Assembly (NCBI GenBank): GCA_965224195.1
Contig: OZ245040.1
Span: forward strand, 1,824,001 to 1,888,000
DNA from: Nitrosopumilus sp.
GTDB taxonomy: Archaea; Thermoproteota; Nitrososphaeria; Nitrososphaerales; Nitrosopumilaceae
Direction of reading: 5' to 3'
DNA: 64,000 nucleotides
Part shown: positions 60,962 through 64,000 of the stretch, one piece after another
How positions within the stretch are numbered: the stretch's first letter is position 1
Layout: every line of letters begins with the position of its first letter
The notes under the pieces: generated by a model
Told to the model about the DNA's origin: nothing
Database searches by the model: none
Seen by the model: only the letters and a program-made list of their open reading frames with translations
Position numbers and translations under genes: made by a program

Positions 60962-61193
60962 TTTTGATGTTAATATAAGGCTTATTCAAAGTATGAGAAC
61001 CGTACTTCAAGGTAGTAGGAGGCTCATGGAAAGTATGAAAGTCACAAATAGTTGCTATTCCATTATATTTCATGGCAGGCTAGAAAGGAAAATAAAGTGA
61101 ATATTCCCAACCGGACATTCATCACAAATACCCTCAAAATTTGAAATGATGTTCAAGTCATTTGATACCTGCTTTTAAAATGTAATTTTAAGA

Positions 61194-61799
61194 TCATAAT
61201 CGATTTTCTAATACGTTAACTAATCCACATACAGGGCATTTTTTGGTTCGAAGATCCAATTCATATATTGTGTCTTTCTTTACTTCACCTTGCGGTTTTA
61301 GTTCTGTTATTATTTTCATCTCATCTTTGATGATTAAGAATTCTACATTTCCCTTGCAGTTACCGCAATATGCAATACCCATCATAGCATCTGCTGTAGA
61401 TCGTTCACTGAATCTGTTGTTAAACCAATAGTGACATTCATGGCACTGCACTGTCACAATATTATTTTTTACTGCTCCGACTGTAGCCATTGTTTGTTTC
61501 TTGCAATGAAAACACATATGTGAAATTTCATCATTTACCTGTGGAAAATATTTTTCAATATTGCTAGATACTGGCGGTTCTCCACGTAATGGAATTTTTA
61601 GATCTATTGGCTTTATTTCATGACATACTTTACAAATCCAAACTTTCTGTCTTTGCGGATTTGTTTCATCACTACCGTACACCTTGACCACATCCACATC
61701 CTTTGGATATGTCACTTTTACTTCATCCCTGCTCCCTACCTTAACAAATCCTATGATCATTGCATTATGATTTTGTTTACAGTCTGGAATTTTTGTCAT
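61194..61799 (-). CDS. Multi-Zn-ribbon hypothetical protein
   Basis: Five CxxC pairs (CKVC, CFHC, CHEC, CGNC, CPVC). Confidence 0.7.
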   Translation of the reverse strand: MTKIPDCKQNHNAMIIGFVKVGSRDEVKVTYPKDVDVVKVYGSDETNPQRQKVWICKVCHEIKPIDLKIPLRGEPPVSSNIEKYFPQVNDEISHMCFHCKKQTMATVGAVKNNIVTVQCHECHYWFNNRFSERSTADAMMGIAYCGNCKGNVEFLIIKDEMKIITELKPQGEVKKDTIYELDLRTKKCPVCGLVNVLENRL

Positions 61800-61815
61800 T
61801 TTGTTTCACATGCAT

Positions 61816-62112
61816 TTAATTAATTATATTTCCTATTACCTGTAACAAAAATCCAGTCAATAACATTATTGTACCTAATAACGCATTGTCATAATCGTTA
61901 AGTGTTTTTTCTATATTTTTTTCATATTGTCTGATATCCAAATCCCTGTCCAATCCTTTTTGTATTTGTTCATCATCTACTTTGATCAGTTGGTACTTGA
62001 TGTGTCCTATATCAAGATCTTTTTTTGTTTGAAAAAATGTAGTTACTAATACTAAAGCCCCACCCATATCCAACAAAAGACCAACAATTATTAAAATTGT
62101 AAAATCAGACAT
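61816..62112 (-). CDS. Two-TM hypothetical membrane protein
   Basis: GLLLDMGGAL ... GFLLQVIG. Confidence 0.7.
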   Translation of the reverse strand: MSDFTILIIVGLLLDMGGALVLVTTFFQTKKDLDIGHIKYQLIKVDDEQIQKGLDRDLDIRQYEKNIEKTLNDYDNALLGTIMLLTGFLLQVIGNIIN

Positions 62113-62131
62113 TTTTTATTTAAAATTATAA

Positions 62132-62395
62132 CTATACGTGATTTGCCGTTTTATCATTAATACTATTCAAATCTTTTAGATCATAAATCAATACATTGCC
62201 ATTAATCATAATCTTTCTTCCTTTCTTAAATTTAAAATAATCATATAGTTTGTCTTTTGACAAAATTCCGATCAATGGAATTATGTGAATAATACAATCA
62301 TCTTTATCTGCAATAAAAGATTCAAAAGATCCAGGAGTACGTTTCCATTGATCAATAAGTTCCAACTTTGTAAATGAAAGGTATTGAATCGTCAT
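62132..62395 (-). CDS. Hypothetical protein
   Basis: 87-aa ORF co-oriented with cargo. Confidence 0.5.
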   Translation of the reverse strand: MTIQYLSFTKLELIDQWKRTPGSFESFIADKDDCIIHIIPLIGILSKDKLYDYFKFKKGRKIMINGNVLIYDLKDLNSINDKTANHV

Positions 62396-62452
62396 ATGTT
62401 TTAAAACCCCTTTCCATCAATACTTTTAATCATTTTATCCGTCCGATGGTAA

Positions 62453-62584
62453 TTATTTAGATTCTAATTCCCAAATTCTATCATTCATTTTATCAATATC
62501 TTTTTTTAATTCTGATATGTCATCTCTTCTATTTTCATCTAATTGGTATAGTTCCACTATTTTTTCTTCAATTGTTTTACTCAT
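62453..62584 (-). CDS. 43-aa coiled-coil peptide (not in ORF track)
   Basis: MSKTIEEKIVELYQLDENRRDDISELKKDIDKMNDRIWELESK. Confidence 0.45.
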   Translation of the reverse strand: MSKTIEEKIVELYQLDENRRDDISELKKDIDKMNDRIWELESK

Positions 62585-62661
62585 ATTTATTCCCATATTT
62601 TATTAGGTTCTGTCAACTTGTTAGCACATAGGTACAGATCTTCTTCGTGTAAACAGTCGGC

Positions 62662-62832
62662 TTATTTGACTTTGTGGGGTCTAATTACTAGCTTATTTCG
62701 TTCTACAACTGATTCTAATTCTTCCCCACCATGCCAATGTAATTCTTCAATCTGTTCTTTTGGCAAAGTCACTACATATTTTGTATATTCAACATTTCCA
62801 ACTTTTCTATTGAATCTCTTTTGTAGTTTCAA
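62662..62832 (-). CDS. AbrB/MazE/SpoVT-family DNA-binding protein, 56 aa (not in ORF track)
   Basis: MKLQKRFNRKVGNVEYTKYVVTLPKEQIEELHWHGGEELESVVERNKLVIRPHKVK; VTLPK...L.W..G..L...LVIRP signature; TTG ~24 nt after TATA. Confidence 0.8.
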   Translation of the reverse strand: MKLQKRFNRKVGNVEYTKYVVTLPKEQIEELHWHGGEELESVVERNKLVIRPHKVK

Positions 62833-62864
62833 CTACTTTTTGATGATTCTAACTAGTATAAAAC

Positions 62865-62900
62865 TTAGGCACCTAAATACTTATATTGTTAGGTGCCTAA
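62865..62900. promoter_or_regulatory. Twin 12-bp operators flanking the transposase TATA box
   Basis: TTAGGCACCTAA - ATACTTATATTG - TTAGGTGCCTAA (perfect inverted repeat). Confidence 0.75.
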
Positions 62901-62908
62901 TAGACCAC

Positions 62909-64000
62909 ATGGAATGTAATAGAATAGATGCCGGAAAGAAAATATTTGAAAATCCAAACGTTCAGATTCTAAGATTAGATGATCACCATTACACAGTAAA
63001 ATCTCAAACTACAAATCGCAAGTATGATGTGATAAAAACTGAATCAGGATTTGTTTGTACTTGTCCTGATCATACATTTAGAAAGATTTGTTGCAAGCAT
63101 ATTCATGGTGTAGAATTTTCAATTAAATTCAGAGCAGAAGTTAGAGAAAGAAACAAAGTAATCATTGAGCAGATTGATTGTAACAACTGTCCAAAGTGTA
63201 AATCTCAAAATATTGTAAAACATGGAATTAGAAAAAACAAGTCAGGGAATCTTCAAAGATATTCATGCAAAGATTGTAGCAAATGGTTTGTCTTTAATTT
63301 AGGATTTAAAAATATGAGAAATAACCCTAAGGCAATTACATCTGCAATGCAGTTATACTTTACAGGAGAATCATTAAGAAATGTTCAACAATTCTTACGA
63401 CTCCAAGGTGTACAAGTTTCACACCAAACTGTTTACAAGTGGATTAAAAAATACACTAAACTTATGGAATCATATCTGGATAAGATTACTCCGCAAGTGG
63501 GTGACACTTGGAGAGCAGATGAGGTTTACACCAAGGTTAAAGGAAATATGAAATATCTATTTGCATTAATTGATGATGAGACAAGATTTTTGATTGCAAA
63601 GGAAGTAGCAGATAGAAAAGAAGGTCATGATGCATCAGGTTTATTCAAGCAAGCAAAAGAGAAAGCAGGTAAAATTCCAAAGGTAATGATTACTGACGGT
63701 TTACAGTCGTATAGCGAGGCTCACAAAAAGGAATTTTGGACTTAGTAAAAATCCAAGATCAATCCATGTTAGACACATTCACCTAAAGGGAGACATGAAC
63801 AATAACAAGATGGAGCGTTGGAATGGCTCTTTCAGAGATAGAGAAAAGGTCACTAGGGGATTGAAGAAAGCAGATTCCCCATTAATTTCAGGTTATCAGA
63901 TATTTTTCAATTATGTTCGTCCTCATTCTGCCTTATATGGAAAGACTCCTTCTGAGATGTGTGGAATTGAGATCAAGGGTGAAAATAAATGGTTGACGTT
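62909..64000 (+). pseudogene. IS6-family DDE transposase with N-terminal SWIM and Zn-ribbon domains; frameshift at ~63740, runs off window
   Basis: CTCPD...CKH (SWIM), CPKC...QRYSCKDC, WRADE, ITDG; +1 frame continues NNNKMERWNG..R..EK. Confidence 0.85.

Larger units (their letters stand above)
62606..64000 (+). mobile_element. IS6-family element (left end at 62606; right end beyond window)
   Basis: GGTTCTGT terminus typical of IS6, followed by AbrB gene and IS6 transposase. Confidence 0.75.

Noticed and set aside
57095-62584. Provirus or integron cassette array
   Set aside because: No capsid, portal, packaging ATPase or tyrosine integrase; no repeated attC-like sites seen in spacers
62618-62908. 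N-terminal 97 aa of the tracked 375-aa transposase ORF
   Set aside because: Overlaps the antisense AbrB gene and promoter; ATG 62909 fits the TATA spacing
63735-63750. Programmed frameshift in the IS6 transposase
   Set aside because: No slippery heptamer or compatible +1 re-pairing at ACT TAG; a small indel (e.g. loss of CT) is simpler

Overview
Low-GC archaeal chromosome segment that gene content and protein sequences place in an ammonia-oxidising thaumarchaeote of the Nitrosopumilus type (inference from recognised families; no search was run). About 1-42.8 kb and 49.9-57.0 kb are housekeeping. They hold the exosome cluster, ribosomal protein/RNAP/SecY clusters, two aconitase-family pairs, cofE, 2-oxoacid:ferredoxin oxidoreductase, cbf5, argF, ftsY, sod, pckA, ksgA, rlmN, radA, and two tRNA-Ser genes (one with an intron). 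Two accessory islands stand out. (i) 43.0-49.85 kb is a decaying island: protein-glycosylation pseudogenes, an IS5-like (DDE_Tnp_4) element with 18-bp TIRs sitting between two truncated genes, and a candidate defence trio (SAMHD1-like HD hydrolase, Cas4-like PD-(D/E)XK nuclease, frameshifted Mrr-like nuclease). (ii) 57.03-64.0 kb is an IS6-type region beginning at an IS6-like end beside the radA promoter. It carries co-oriented cargo (two HNH nucleases, a secreted S1 protease, Zn-ribbon and unknown proteins), then an IS6 element with its own unannotated AbrB-type regulator, twin palindromic operators and a SWIM/Zn-ribbon transposase. Several small features missed by the ORF track were read directly from the sequence: SecE, an Elf1-like protein, AbrB, small peptides, a candidate sRNA hairpin, and a uORF overlapping a CTG start of pckA. 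No CRISPR array or rRNA was seen.
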